Source: Thermoplasmatales archaeon SG8-52-3
GTDB taxonomy: Archaea > Thermoplasmatota > E2 > DHVEG-1
Reading direction: 5' to 3'
DNA length: 64,000 nucleotides
Assembly (NCBI GenBank): GCA_001595915.1
Contig: LSSG01000053.1
Span: 3,416-67,415, forward strand
Numbering within the stretch: the first letter of the stretch is position 1; every line of letters begins with the position of its first letter. The notes below the pieces were generated by a model. It made no database searches and was not told the origin of the DNA. It saw only the letters and a list, made by a program, of their open reading frames with translations. Shown piece by piece: positions 9,689 through 19,013 of this stretch. A program made the position numbers and the translations under genes.

Positions 9689-10840
9689 ATGAAAATTACC
9701 CTGATTGGTACGTTACCACCTATAAAAGCGCTAAGCCCCTATTGTTACCATTTAGCTGATGCATTATCAAAAAAAGTAGATTTAGATTTTTTTAATTTTA
9801 AAAATAGTCTACCAGAATCTTTATATCATGGAGGAATGACAGAGAAAAAAAATGAAAAAATTCAAACTCCTAACTTAAAAATTAAAACTATTATTAATTG
9901 GTGGAATCCATTTTCATGGATTAAAGTTGGAATTGTAGTAAAAGGGGATATTGTTCACGTACAACATTGGTCTTTGTATTCAGGATTAATTTATTGTTTT
10001 ATTTTACCAATTACTAAATTGCGTGGTAAAAAAAATGTATTAACAATTCATAATATTACTCCACATACAGATGATTTTTTAACAAAATTTTTTGATAAAA
10101 TGATTAATAAAATTATTCTCCCGTATACAAATCATATTATTGTTCATAACAAGAGAAATAGAAATAAATTTTTTGAACTTTATAGTATAGATAAAAAAAT
10201 TGTGACAATAATATCTCATGGCTCTATAATGCCTTATAATAAAATAAAAAATATTTCAAAAACTGATGCTAGAAAAAAATTAAATATATCACCTGAGAAA
10301 AAAGTGATATTATTTTTTGGTTATATATGGGACTATAAGGGTTTAGATATTTTACTTTCATCATCAAAAATCATTAAAGAAAAAATTAAGAATTATTTAC
10401 TCTTAATTGCTGGTCAACCCTTAAAAGACTGGAAAAAATATGATAAAATTATTTTGAAAGATAATTTAAATGAGATAATTCTGAAAAAATTAGAATATAT
10501 TTCTGATTCAGAAATTGAATATTATTTTTCAAGTAGTGATCTTGTTGTATTGCCATATAAGAAACATCCGTTTGATACTCATGGTGGAGTAGGAGCTTTA
10601 GCTTTATCATTTAACAAACCAATTTTAGTAACAGATGTTGGTGGATTACCTGAATATGTAAAAAACAATAAAGTTGTTGTTGAGCCTAATAATGAAAAAG
10701 AATTAGCTGAAAAAATAATATTTGTATTAGAAAATAAAGCTTTGTTAAAAAAACTTTCAAATGATTCAAAACTGTTATCAAAAGAATTGAGCTGGGATAA
10801 AATCGCTGATCAAACAATAGAAATTTACACTAAAACATAA
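9689..10840 (+). CDS. Glycosyltransferase family 4
   Basis: Likely start MKITLIG at 9689; TIHN, FFGYIxxYKG, SDLVVLPY, VTDVGGLPE. Confidence 0.9.
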   Translation: MKITLIGTLPPIKALSPYCYHLADALSKKVDLDFFNFKNSLPESLYHGGMTEKKNEKIQTPNLKIKTIINWWNPFSWIKVGIVVKGDIVHVQHWSLYSGLIYCFILPITKLRGKKNVLTIHNITPHTDDFLTKFFDKMINKIILPYTNHIIVHNKRNRNKFFELYSIDKKIVTIISHGSIMPYNKIKNISKTDARKKLNISPEKKVILFFGYIWDYKGLDILLSSSKIIKEKIKNYLLLIAGQPLKDWKKYDKIILKDNLNEIILKKLEYISDSEIEYYFSSSDLVVLPYKKHPFDTHGGVGALALSFNKPILVTDVGGLPEYVKNNKVVVEPNNEKELAEKIIFVLENKALLKKLSNDSKLLSKELSWDKIADQTIEIYTKT

Positions 10841-10847
10841 CTAAGGA

Positions 10848-11822
10848 TTATTTTCGTCTTTTTGATTCAATTAAATTTTTTAAATAAGTTAAATTTTGTT
10901 TGAAAAAATAATTTGGTAGTCTATTAAAATATGACATTCCAAAATAGCAATCAATAGTGCAATGATTACAAAAATTATATTTTCCAGCCTTTTCAAAAAG
11001 TTGGTACCATTCTTTTGAATTATAGAGAGTATGTAATTTTCCATCGATTTTGATTTTTTTATTATAATTATGAGTACATGGAATAATTAAAGTATCATCT
11101 GGTCCAATATCTATTGTAGATAATCCTGCTTGACATTTAGATTTTGATGGATTATTTCCACCTCTTTTATGAAAATCAAGTTGAGGTAGACTCATTCTTA
11201 TGTATGGATTCCAAAAATTTTTCTTAATTTTTTTTATATTGTCTTTATTTAACGATTTATTGCCAAAATATGAAAAACAAGGGTGAATATAGGTTGTTAT
11301 TTTATTAGAATCAGCAAAATTTACAATTTCTTGTAAATTTTTTATGTTTTTATCTGTTACAGTATATAATAAACATATTTCTTGTTTATTATTTATTGCA
11401 ATATTAATGCCTTCTATAAGTTTATCATATCCATCGATACCTCTAATTTTTTTATATTCTTCTTTAGAGGTTGTATCAAATGAAAAATATGTTCTACTAG
11501 GAAGGTTTTTTATTTCTTTAAATCTATCCTTATAAAAATAACCATTTGTTGAAAGTTTTACAAAAAAGCCTAGTTGTTTTGCAGAGGCAAGAATTTGTGG
11601 TAAATCTTTGTTTAATAATGGTTCACCACCAGTAAAATCAATAAACTTTACTCCTATTTTTTTTAAATCAACTAAATTTTTTTTTACATCTGTAAATTTT
11701 GCATCAAAAATATTCTTGTATGAATTATTTCTCCAAAAATTACAAAATTCACATTTTGAATTACATCTATAAGTGACCCAATAATTGCAAAAAAAAGGTT
11801 TTTTATTTATTAAAAAGGTCAT
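10848..11822 (-). CDS. Radical SAM protein (SkfB/PqqE-like, twitch/SPASM-like C-terminus)
   Basis: CNSKCEFC, FTGGEPLL, STNG; CxAG...PC...CNHCTIDC. Confidence 0.85.
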   Translation of the reverse strand: MTFLINKKPFFCNYWVTYRCNSKCEFCNFWRNNSYKNIFDAKFTDVKKNLVDLKKIGVKFIDFTGGEPLLNKDLPQILASAKQLGFFVKLSTNGYFYKDRFKEIKNLPSRTYFSFDTTSKEEYKKIRGIDGYDKLIEGINIAINNKQEICLLYTVTDKNIKNLQEIVNFADSNKITTYIHPCFSYFGNKSLNKDNIKKIKKNFWNPYIRMSLPQLDFHKRGGNNPSKSKCQAGLSTIDIGPDDTLIIPCTHNYNKKIKIDGKLHTLYNSKEWYQLFEKAGKYNFCNHCTIDCYFGMSYFNRLPNYFFKQNLTYLKNLIESKRRK

Positions 11823-11993
11823 TTTTTATCGTATTTTATAAGTTATAAATCTTTTTAAATTTGCTGTTTAAAAAATTGTTATATAACAAATTAGTATCAT
11901 TTCTTTTAAAAAACAACAAAAATCTTTATACATAATTAATTATCATAAATTTAAAAAAAATTCATAACAAAATAAAATTTTGGGAAAAATAAT

Positions 11994-13061
11994 ATGAAGA
12001 TTCCATGGTCAATTCCAAATATTCAAGATAAAGAAATAGAATCAATAAATAGAGTGCTAGATTCTGGATGGCTTTCAATGGGTAAAGAAGTAAAAAAATT
12101 TGAAGAAAAAGTTGCTTCTTATCTAAAAATAAAATATTCAATTTCAGTTAATAATGGTACATCTGCTTTAGATCTTGCTTTAAAGTGTTTAGATCTCAAT
12201 ACAAAAGATGAGATCATAATCCCTGCCTTAACCTATATTGCGACTGGAAATGTTGTTTTATATAACAATTGTATACCTGTATTTGTTGATATTGATAATA
12301 CTTTGAATATAGATACCACCCTAATTGAAGAAAAAATAACAAAAAAAACAAAGGCAATAATTAATATTGATCTAGGTGGAAATCCAACAAATTATAAAAA
12401 TTTATTAAAAATATCTGATGAAAATTCTTTACCTTTAATTGTTGATGGTGCACAATCTTTTGGTTCAGAATATCAAAATAAAAAATGTTGCACACATGGT
12501 CTAATAAATACAACCAGTTTTCATGCAGCAAAAATAATAACTACAGTTGAAGGAGGAATGATTTTTACTAACGATAAAAAAATAAATGATAAAGCAAATA
12601 TTTTAAGAAATCAAGGTGAAACATCAAAATATATACACAGCTATCTTGGTAACAATTATAGAATGACTGATTTAGCAGCTTCAATTGGGAATTCTCAGAT
12701 GGATAGGTTTGAAACTACTCTAGAAGAACGAATAAATAAAGCAAAATATTATAAACAAAATCTAAAAAATGTAGATTATCCTGAAGAATTACAAAACACT
12801 AAAAATTGTCATTTTTTCTTTTTAATTTTAGTTAAAAATAGAAATAAATTAAACAAATGCCTAAATAAAAATGGAATAGAAACACGAATAACTTATCCTT
12901 TACCGATAAATGAACAAACTATATTTAAAAAATATAGTAAACAAGATTATATTTCAGCAAAAAAATTTTCAAAAAAAGTAATATCATTACCTATTCATCA
13001 TAAACTAACAATAGACGAACAAGATTATATTATTAAGAAAATTAACAATTTTGATAGGTGA
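11994..13061 (+). CDS. DegT/DnrJ/EryC1/StrS sugar aminotransferase
   Basis: NGTSAL, DGAQSFG, SFHAAKIITTVEGG (PLP lysine), GNNYRM, ISLP. Confidence 0.95.
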   Translation: MKIPWSIPNIQDKEIESINRVLDSGWLSMGKEVKKFEEKVASYLKIKYSISVNNGTSALDLALKCLDLNTKDEIIIPALTYIATGNVVLYNNCIPVFVDIDNTLNIDTTLIEEKITKKTKAIINIDLGGNPTNYKNLLKISDENSLPLIVDGAQSFGSEYQNKKCCTHGLINTTSFHAAKIITTVEGGMIFTNDKKINDKANILRNQGETSKYIHSYLGNNYRMTDLAASIGNSQMDRFETTLEERINKAKYYKQNLKNVDYPEELQNTKNCHFFFLILVKNRNKLNKCLNKNGIETRITYPLPINEQTIFKKYSKQDYISAKKFSKKVISLPIHHKLTIDEQDYIIKKINNFDR

Positions 13062-13066
13062 TATAA

Positions 13067-13999
13067 ATTAATATATTAGTTACTGGAGGTGCTGGATATA
13101 TTGGTAATATATTAGTACCTGAATTATTAAAAAAGAAATATTATGTTAGAGTATTTGATAATTTAACGTATGGTATCGATGGTATTCTTCCTCATTTTAG
13201 TAATAATAATTTTGATTTTACCAAGGGAGATATAACAAACATTGTTGACATTAAAAAATCACTTGATGATATCGATTTTGTAATACATTTAGCAGCTATT
13301 GTTGGCTATCCAGCATGCAGAGCTAGACCCGATCTTGCACATAAGGTTAATTTTATTGGAACAAAAAATCTATTAAGTTATTGTAAAGTCCCATTTTTTT
13401 ATCCATCTACTGGCAGTAGTTATGGTAAAGTTGAAAAAATATGTACTGAAGAAACTCAATTAAAACCATTAACCGAATATGGTGAAACTAAAACTAATGG
13501 TGAAGAGATTGTAAAACAATATTCAGATTATGTTATATACCGTTTTTCAACAGGTTTTGGATTATCACCAAGACTTAGACTTGATCTTCTTGTTAATAAT
13601 TTCTTAATAAAAGCAATGCGCGAAAGGGAATTAATTGTGTATGAAAAAAATTATTGGAGATCTTTTATTCACGTCAAAGATATTTCTAGAAGTATTATTT
13701 TTGCTATTGAAAACTTTGAAAAAATGAATGGAGAAATATACAATGTAGGATCTGAAAAATTATGTCTAACAAAGGAAGATGTAGCCTTAAAAATTAAAAA
13801 TTATGTTGATTTTCATTTAAAATTTGCTGAATTTGGAAAAGACCCAGATAAAAGAAATTATAAGGTAAGTTTCAAAAAGATAAAATCATTGGGTTTTAAT
13901 ATAAAATTTGATTTAGATTATGGTATTAAAGAAATGATTAAGGCATTTCAATTTATTGAGTTAAAAGATGATTATTTTAATTATAAGGTTTTTAAATGA
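13067..13999 (+). CDS. NAD-dependent epimerase/dehydratase (extended SDR), apparent ATT start
   Basis: Open frame from 13067 reads (M)NILVTGGAGYIG...HLAAIVG...STGSSYG...YGETK and is continuous with track ORF 13616-13999. In-frame TAA lies directly upstream; SD AGGTGA ends 5 nt before the ATT. Confidence 0.9.
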   Translation: MNILVTGGAGYIGNILVPELLKKKYYVRVFDNLTYGIDGILPHFSNNNFDFTKGDITNIVDIKKSLDDIDFVIHLAAIVGYPACRARPDLAHKVNFIGTKNLLSYCKVPFFYPSTGSSYGKVEKICTEETQLKPLTEYGETKTNGEEIVKQYSDYVIYRFSTGFGLSPRLRLDLLVNNFLIKAMRERELIVYEKNYWRSFIHVKDISRSIIFAIENFEKMNGEIYNVGSEKLCLTKEDVALKIKNYVDFHLKFAEFGKDPDKRNYKVSFKKIKSLGFNIKFDLDYGIKEMIKAFQFIELKDDYFNYKVFK

Positions 14000-14448
14000 A
14001 TAATAATTTGTTAATTTTTAGACCTTTTAATAAGAAAGACATAAATGAAGTTCTTGATCTATTGATAAATCTCAGTATAACTAATAAAGAATTCTTTCAT
14101 CCCTATAAATTTGATAAAAAAACCCTTTTAAAAAATTATAATTCTGATGATTTTTATTTTGTTATGGTAATTAATAATGTTATTATTGGATACTCTTTTT
14201 TAAGATTCTTTGGATATAAAATTCCAAGTTTTGGTTGCTGTATTAAAAATGGATATGAGAATAAAGGTTATGGTGAAAAAATCACAAAGTTAACCATTAA
14301 AAAGGCAAAGGAACTTGGATATAAAAAAGTAATTTTAAAAACATATAAAAAAAATATATTTGCAAAAAAAATCTATGATAAAGTTGGTTTTAAAGTTATT
14401 GGAGAAACAGATGATAAAAGACAGTATAAAATGGAACTGATTTTGTAA
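13996..14448 (+). CDS. GNAT family N-acetyltransferase
   Basis: Motif A ENKGYG; NxxAxxIYxKxGF; ATGA overlap with the epimerase. Confidence 0.85.
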   Translation: MNNNLLIFRPFNKKDINEVLDLLINLSITNKEFFHPYKFDKKTLLKNYNSDDFYFVMVINNVIIGYSFLRFFGYKIPSFGCCIKNGYENKGYGEKITKLTIKKAKELGYKKVILKTYKKNIFAKKIYDKVGFKVIGETDDKRQYKMELIL

Positions 14449-14650
14449 TTTAATTAATAAAATCTTAAAATATCTAAATGTGTAGATTTATTCTAAAAAA
14501 AATGTGTTCTCTTTTTAGCAATACCAACTTTATTTTTCAGTCTTATAATATGAATGATTGAACAAATTAAGTTACATGAGTTACTAATTTTTAATAAAAA
14601 AATCTATAAACAATTAAAATATTTTTTAATTAATTACAAGTGAGGATAAA

Positions 14651-14845
14651 ATGAAAATAGAAGTTTCGAATTTAACTTATAATAAATTAAAAACTATAAA
14701 AGAAAATGAGTTTGAAGGATATGATTTTGATATGATGATAAAATATCTATTAACATTTTATAACCAGAATAAAAAAAATCATCAATTATTTAAAAAGATG
14801 GAAAAAGAAGTAGAAAATCTTATGAAATTGGCAAAGGGAACTTAA
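14651..14845 (+). CDS. Small ribbon-helix-helix-like DNA-binding/antitoxin-like protein
   Basis: SD GTGAGG; MKIEVSxxTYxKLxxIK...FDxMIxxLL fits a beta-alpha-alpha RHH pattern. Confidence 0.5.
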   Translation: MKIEVSNLTYNKLKTIKENEFEGYDFDMMIKYLLTFYNQNKKNHQLFKKMEKEVENLMKLAKGT

Positions 14846-14960
14846 ATTTAGAAAAGATATCTTTAAACTTATTTTCAGATTATTTAGGATTTTTTATATA
14901 TCAGTTGCTATTGTAAGATTTAAATATCCTTTATATTATTTATTTTAGGGAGGCTTTCAT

Positions 14961-16763
14961 CTGAAAATAAACATTTATTCTAAAGGATTATCTGTTTTTT
15001 TCATTCTTACAATTATTTCCCCTATAACTGTTAGTTATATTGATAAGGATATGATGATCAATGTAAACTCCAATGATAAAACTGAGGTTAATAATATAAT
15101 AGCCAATGGTTTTTTGAATTATTCTAAAGGTGCAGCAGACTGGCTAATAAATGAATCTATTGAAATAGGAGACGGGTATAAATGGCCTGATTCAGTTGGT
15201 AGTTCTTATTACTATACTGATCTATATTATGGTTCACCAGGTATTGTTACATTATTTTCAGAACTATATAAAATAACAGGTAAGGATGAATATTTTCAAT
15301 ATACGGTTGGAGGGACAGAATGGTTGATTGAAAAAGCTATTTCTGAAGCAGGTGGTTATAAATGGCCTGAGAAGGAAGATTTACCTTTGTATTATACTGG
15401 ATTATATGTAGGAGCTGCTGGAACCGGTGAATCATTTCTCAATCTATATAAAACCCTATCAGACACATTTTATCTAGAATATGCTTCAGGAGCTGCTAAT
15501 TGGTTATTGAGTGTTGCAGTATTTGAAAATCAAAATGAATGTAAATGGCCAAGCTCTCAATATGCTACCGACTATTGTACTGATATTATATATGGAGCAG
15601 CTGGTATCGGCTTATTTTTATTGCAAATGTATGATTTGACAAATAACATAGAATATCTAAATTACTCACGATATGCAGGAAACTGGTTAATTAATCAAGC
15701 AAAACCTTCAGGTAGTGGTTATAAATGGGAGGTATCAAACAATTGTCCATATATTTATACAGGTTTTTCACATGGTGCTGCTGGAATTGGATATTTTCTT
15801 GCTAAATTATTTGAACATACAAATAACTCACAATTTCTCGAATATGCAAAAGGTGCTGCCCAGTGGCTAATTGATATTGCAGTTACCGAATCAGGTGGTT
15901 GTAAATGGTGGTCTAAAGAAGGTGATACTCCAAGTTATGCTACAGGATGGTGTCATGGTCCTGCTGGAACATGTTTGTTATTTATGAAACTCTATCAAAT
16001 TACCTCTGAAAATATTTATCTAACTTATGCAGAAATGGGTAGCACATGGCTTATTAGTCTTGCCATTCCAAGCGAAGGAGGATACAAATGGCCACATTAT
16101 CAAGGATCCCCAAATTATGATACAACCATTTGTCATGGAGCAGCTGGAATTGGTGATTTTTTTCTAAGGATGTCTGATCTTACAAATGAAGGTTTTTATT
16201 ATGACTATGCTAAAGGTGCAGCAGAATGGTTAAAGAGTGTTGCCGATACTTCTGCTGGAGATTATCGTTGGGCAACTTTTGGTTCATATTATACAGGTTT
16301 TTCTACAGGTACATCTGGGATAGGGCTCTTTTTCTTAAGAATCTATAATCCACCAGACAAACCTAATCTAGTTTGTTCTGGTAACCTAAATTGGGTAAAT
16401 GTGAAACCCAATTCAAAAATTATAGGTTATTTTCAAGTCGAAAATATTGGTGACCCTAATTCATTATTGTCTTGGGAGATAATTGAACGGCCAGAATGGG
16501 GTAATTGGTCATTTACTCCAGATAGTGGAATTGATTTAATGGCTAATGAAAAAATAAATATTACTGTAGAGTTAATTGCTCCAAACGAAAAAGAAAAGGC
16601 GTATACAGGTAAAGTAATCCTAGTTAATAGTGAAGATTTAAATGATACTTGCAGCATTGATGTGTCACTTAGTACACCAAAAAATAGAGGTGTATATCAA
16701 CTTTATTTCATACGATTGCTTGAACGTTTTATAATGCTTGAAAGACTGCTGAATCTTATATAA
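14961..16763 (+). CDS. Exported LanC-like (alpha/alpha toroid) protein with C-terminal beta domain; probable CTG start
   Basis: Seven ~60-aa repeats, each with a GxxG motif, including FSHG, WCHG and ICHG. A 30-codon in-frame extension from CTG 14961 (SD GGGAGG) encodes a signal-peptide-like segment. Confidence 0.8.
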   Translation: MKINIYSKGLSVFFILTIISPITVSYIDKDMMINVNSNDKTEVNNIIANGFLNYSKGAADWLINESIEIGDGYKWPDSVGSSYYYTDLYYGSPGIVTLFSELYKITGKDEYFQYTVGGTEWLIEKAISEAGGYKWPEKEDLPLYYTGLYVGAAGTGESFLNLYKTLSDTFYLEYASGAANWLLSVAVFENQNECKWPSSQYATDYCTDIIYGAAGIGLFLLQMYDLTNNIEYLNYSRYAGNWLINQAKPSGSGYKWEVSNNCPYIYTGFSHGAAGIGYFLAKLFEHTNNSQFLEYAKGAAQWLIDIAVTESGGCKWWSKEGDTPSYATGWCHGPAGTCLLFMKLYQITSENIYLTYAEMGSTWLISLAIPSEGGYKWPHYQGSPNYDTTICHGAAGIGDFFLRMSDLTNEGFYYDYAKGAAEWLKSVADTSAGDYRWATFGSYYTGFSTGTSGIGLFFLRIYNPPDKPNLVCSGNLNWVNVKPNSKIIGYFQVENIGDPNSLLSWEIIERPEWGNWSFTPDSGIDLMANEKINITVELIAPNEKEKAYTGKVILVNSEDLNDTCSIDVSLSTPKNRGVYQLYFIRLLERFIMLERLLNLI

Positions 16764-16870
16764 TAAGAATTTTAAGTTAAAAAACCTGTCAAAAAATTCT
16801 ATAAAAATTAATGGTAAAAAGATGTTTGTAGTTTATAATTCTAGCAGTTTTTCTAAGATTTGAAAAAAAT

Positions 16871-17875
16871 TTATAAAAATATTTTTCTTGGTTTTACAAT
16901 AGTGCACTCAGCACATACTGGTATTTTATCAAACCTTTTAGAGTGAATTAATTTTCTTATATTTTGATATTTTTCACTTCTCCAGATTTCTTTTATTGAA
17001 GAATCTTTTACATTTCCAAGAATTATTCTTTTAGAATAATCATTACAGCATAATATTACATCACCATTTGCTAAAATATTAAAAATTGAGAAAAGATGAT
17101 GACATCTATGAACTAAATCTTTTCCAAAATTATATAATAGATTTTGGACAAAATTTGGATAATAATTATTCATTGCTAACTCATTAAAATTTGCTAAATC
17201 TCCACTTCTACTATTAATTCTTGTGAAATCAATTGGAATGCCTCTATTTTTCCAATAATTTTCAAAATCATAAATTTCTTTTAAATTTTTATTTTGAATT
17301 ACATAACCAACAGATATCCTTCCAGAATAATTAGAGTTTAATACACATTCAATATTTTCTAAAAGTTTCTTAAAATTTAGTTGTTTTCTAATTTCTTCAA
17401 AAGTTTCTCTTGTATATGCATCAATACTAAAATGAATCTCATCAACTTTTGAATTTTCAAGTTCTTTGATTTTGTTCTTGTTAAAAAGAGTTCCATTTGT
17501 GACAAGTGCTGTTGATAAATTATTATTTGTTAATTTTTTTGCAAGTTCTAATTTTTTAAAAATATCTTTATCAAGAAGAGGTTCATTTTGAAGATATAAC
17601 CATAACCAAATAAAATTACTATTTTCATCAGCAATTTCCTTTAAAATCTTGTTGTATAACTTATCAGACATTTTTTTTGTTTTTGAGTATTTCTGATAGC
17701 TCCTAGGACACATAATACATTTTCCATTACATGCATCAATTGTTTGAATTTGAAAAACTGATGGAAATTGATACACTTTCTTTGTAATATTATATTGAAA
17801 AATCCTACCTAATAATATAAAGAGATGCATATATTTTTTCAAGTATATATTAAATTTATAGTCTAATTGACTCAT
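16871..17875 (-). CDS. Radical SAM/SPASM(twitch) domain protein
   Basis: CNGKCIMC, QNEPLL, TNG, FSID; C...GDVILCCND...LGN...CAEC. Confidence 0.9.
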   Translation of the reverse strand: MSQLDYKFNIYLKKYMHLFILLGRIFQYNITKKVYQFPSVFQIQTIDACNGKCIMCPRSYQKYSKTKKMSDKLYNKILKEIADENSNFIWLWLYLQNEPLLDKDIFKKLELAKKLTNNNLSTALVTNGTLFNKNKIKELENSKVDEIHFSIDAYTRETFEEIRKQLNFKKLLENIECVLNSNYSGRISVGYVIQNKNLKEIYDFENYWKNRGIPIDFTRINSRSGDLANFNELAMNNYYPNFVQNLLYNFGKDLVHRCHHLFSIFNILANGDVILCCNDYSKRIILGNVKDSSIKEIWRSEKYQNIRKLIHSKRFDKIPVCAECTIVKPRKIFL

Positions 17876-17986
17876 AATTTCCGTAATAAAATAATTAGTT
17901 TGTTATAGACTCAATAAATTATTTATTTATTAATTAATTCATTTATTGAAGTAATATGCAATAGTTCTAAAGATAAAAGCAGATTA

Positions 17987-18059
17987 TGGGCCCGCCGAGA
18001 TTTGAACTCGGGTTACTACCACCCCAAGGTAGAAGGATGCCAAGCTACCCCACGGGCCC
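17987..18059 (-). tRNA. tRNA-Pro(GGG), no intron, CCA not encoded
   Basis: GGGCCCG/CGGGCCC acceptor stem; anticodon arm CTACC-TTGGGGT-GGTAG; T arm CCGAG-TTCAAAT-CTCGG. Confidence 0.97.
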
Positions 18060-18187
18060 AGATTTTTATAAGCATAATTATCCTTCTAAAAAAACTTTCT
18101 TAAATTATAGTGTATTAATTGATTGCTAATTTATAATACTTTATTTGGAAAGACTTAATATTATACTCATAATAAAGATTATGCAAT

Positions 18188-18445
18188 ATGGATTTATCAT
18201 TAGAAATTTTAGGCTTAATTGCAGGAGCAATTACATCAATTGGTTATTTACCTCAGTTATATCGGGGATATAAAACAAAAAAACTTATGGATGTCTCATA
18301 TTATATGCCTGGTGTATTAGCTATTGGGATGTCATTATGGTTGATATATGGAATTTTTTTAAAAGCAGTTGCAGTAATAATTGCAAATGCGTTTGGAATA
18401 ACTTGTAGTATAATTTTAATTATTATGAAAAAAAATTATTCTTAA
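18188..18445 (+). CDS. SemiSWEET / PQ-loop family transporter
   Basis: 85 aa, three hydrophobic helices, LPQL motif, DVS, LWLIYG, IIAN. Confidence 0.85.
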   Translation: MDLSLEILGLIAGAITSIGYLPQLYRGYKTKKLMDVSYYMPGVLAIGMSLWLIYGIFLKAVAVIIANAFGITCSIILIIMKKNYS

Positions 18446-18449
18446 ATAT

Positions 18450-19013
18450 TTATTGTTCTAAAGTAGCATGTCTACTTCGCATTACTTCTTCAGTTTCTTT
18501 TTTACTATCCAGTAAATATGCAATAAGTCCATCAAGCAAGATCCAAACACTTGCTTCAAAAAGTGTTCCAAGTGGTGCATATCTTTTTCTTTCCTCTTCA
18601 TCACAACCCGAAGAAATATAAAAAGTGATATCTGCAAACTTTGCAATCTCTGAATTCTTTTTAGCAGTAATTGAAATAACATAAGCTTCTAAATTATGAG
18701 CTATTTCTGCAGTCATAACAGCCGGAATAGTTTCACCAGAACCTGAAATAATTACAGCAAGATCACCTTTTTGAACAGGTGCAGTAATAGTTTCTCCAAT
18801 GACAAAGGTTTGAAATCCAAGATGAACAAGTCTTATAGCAAAAGCTTTAGCAACAAGACCAGATCGTCCAGCTCCATAAACAAAAATACGTTTTGAATTA
18901 AAAAACAAGTCTTTTACCTTATCGATATTTTCTTGTGATACCTTATCTAAAATATCTTTTATCTTTCGCTGAATATATCTTATCGATTTAGTAAATATTT
19001 GATTTTCAATCAT
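18450..19013 (-). CDS. hxlB: 6-phospho-3-hexuloisomerase (SIS domain)
   Basis: GAGRSGLVAKAFAIRL, GETIT, ISGSGET, PLGTLFE, RHATLE. Confidence 0.9.
   Translation of the reverse strand: MIENQIFTKSIRYIQRKIKDILDKVSQENIDKVKDLFFNSKRIFVYGAGRSGLVAKAFAIRLVHLGFQTFVIGETITAPVQKGDLAVIISGSGETIPAVMTAEIAHNLEAYVISITAKKNSEIAKFADITFYISSGCDEEERKRYAPLGTLFEASVWILLDGLIAYLLDSKKETEEVMRSRHATLEQ

Noticed and set aside
14651..17875. Lanthipeptide/RiPP cluster (small ORF + LanC + SPASM radical SAM)
   Set aside because: The small ORF has no Cys and looks RHH-like; there is no dehydratase; the radical SAM gene is convergent and the LanC-like protein appears exported
1..18100. Integrase, transposase or att duplication for the tRNA-adjacent island
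   Set aside because: None visible in the window; the other boundary lies outside it, so mobility is unproven
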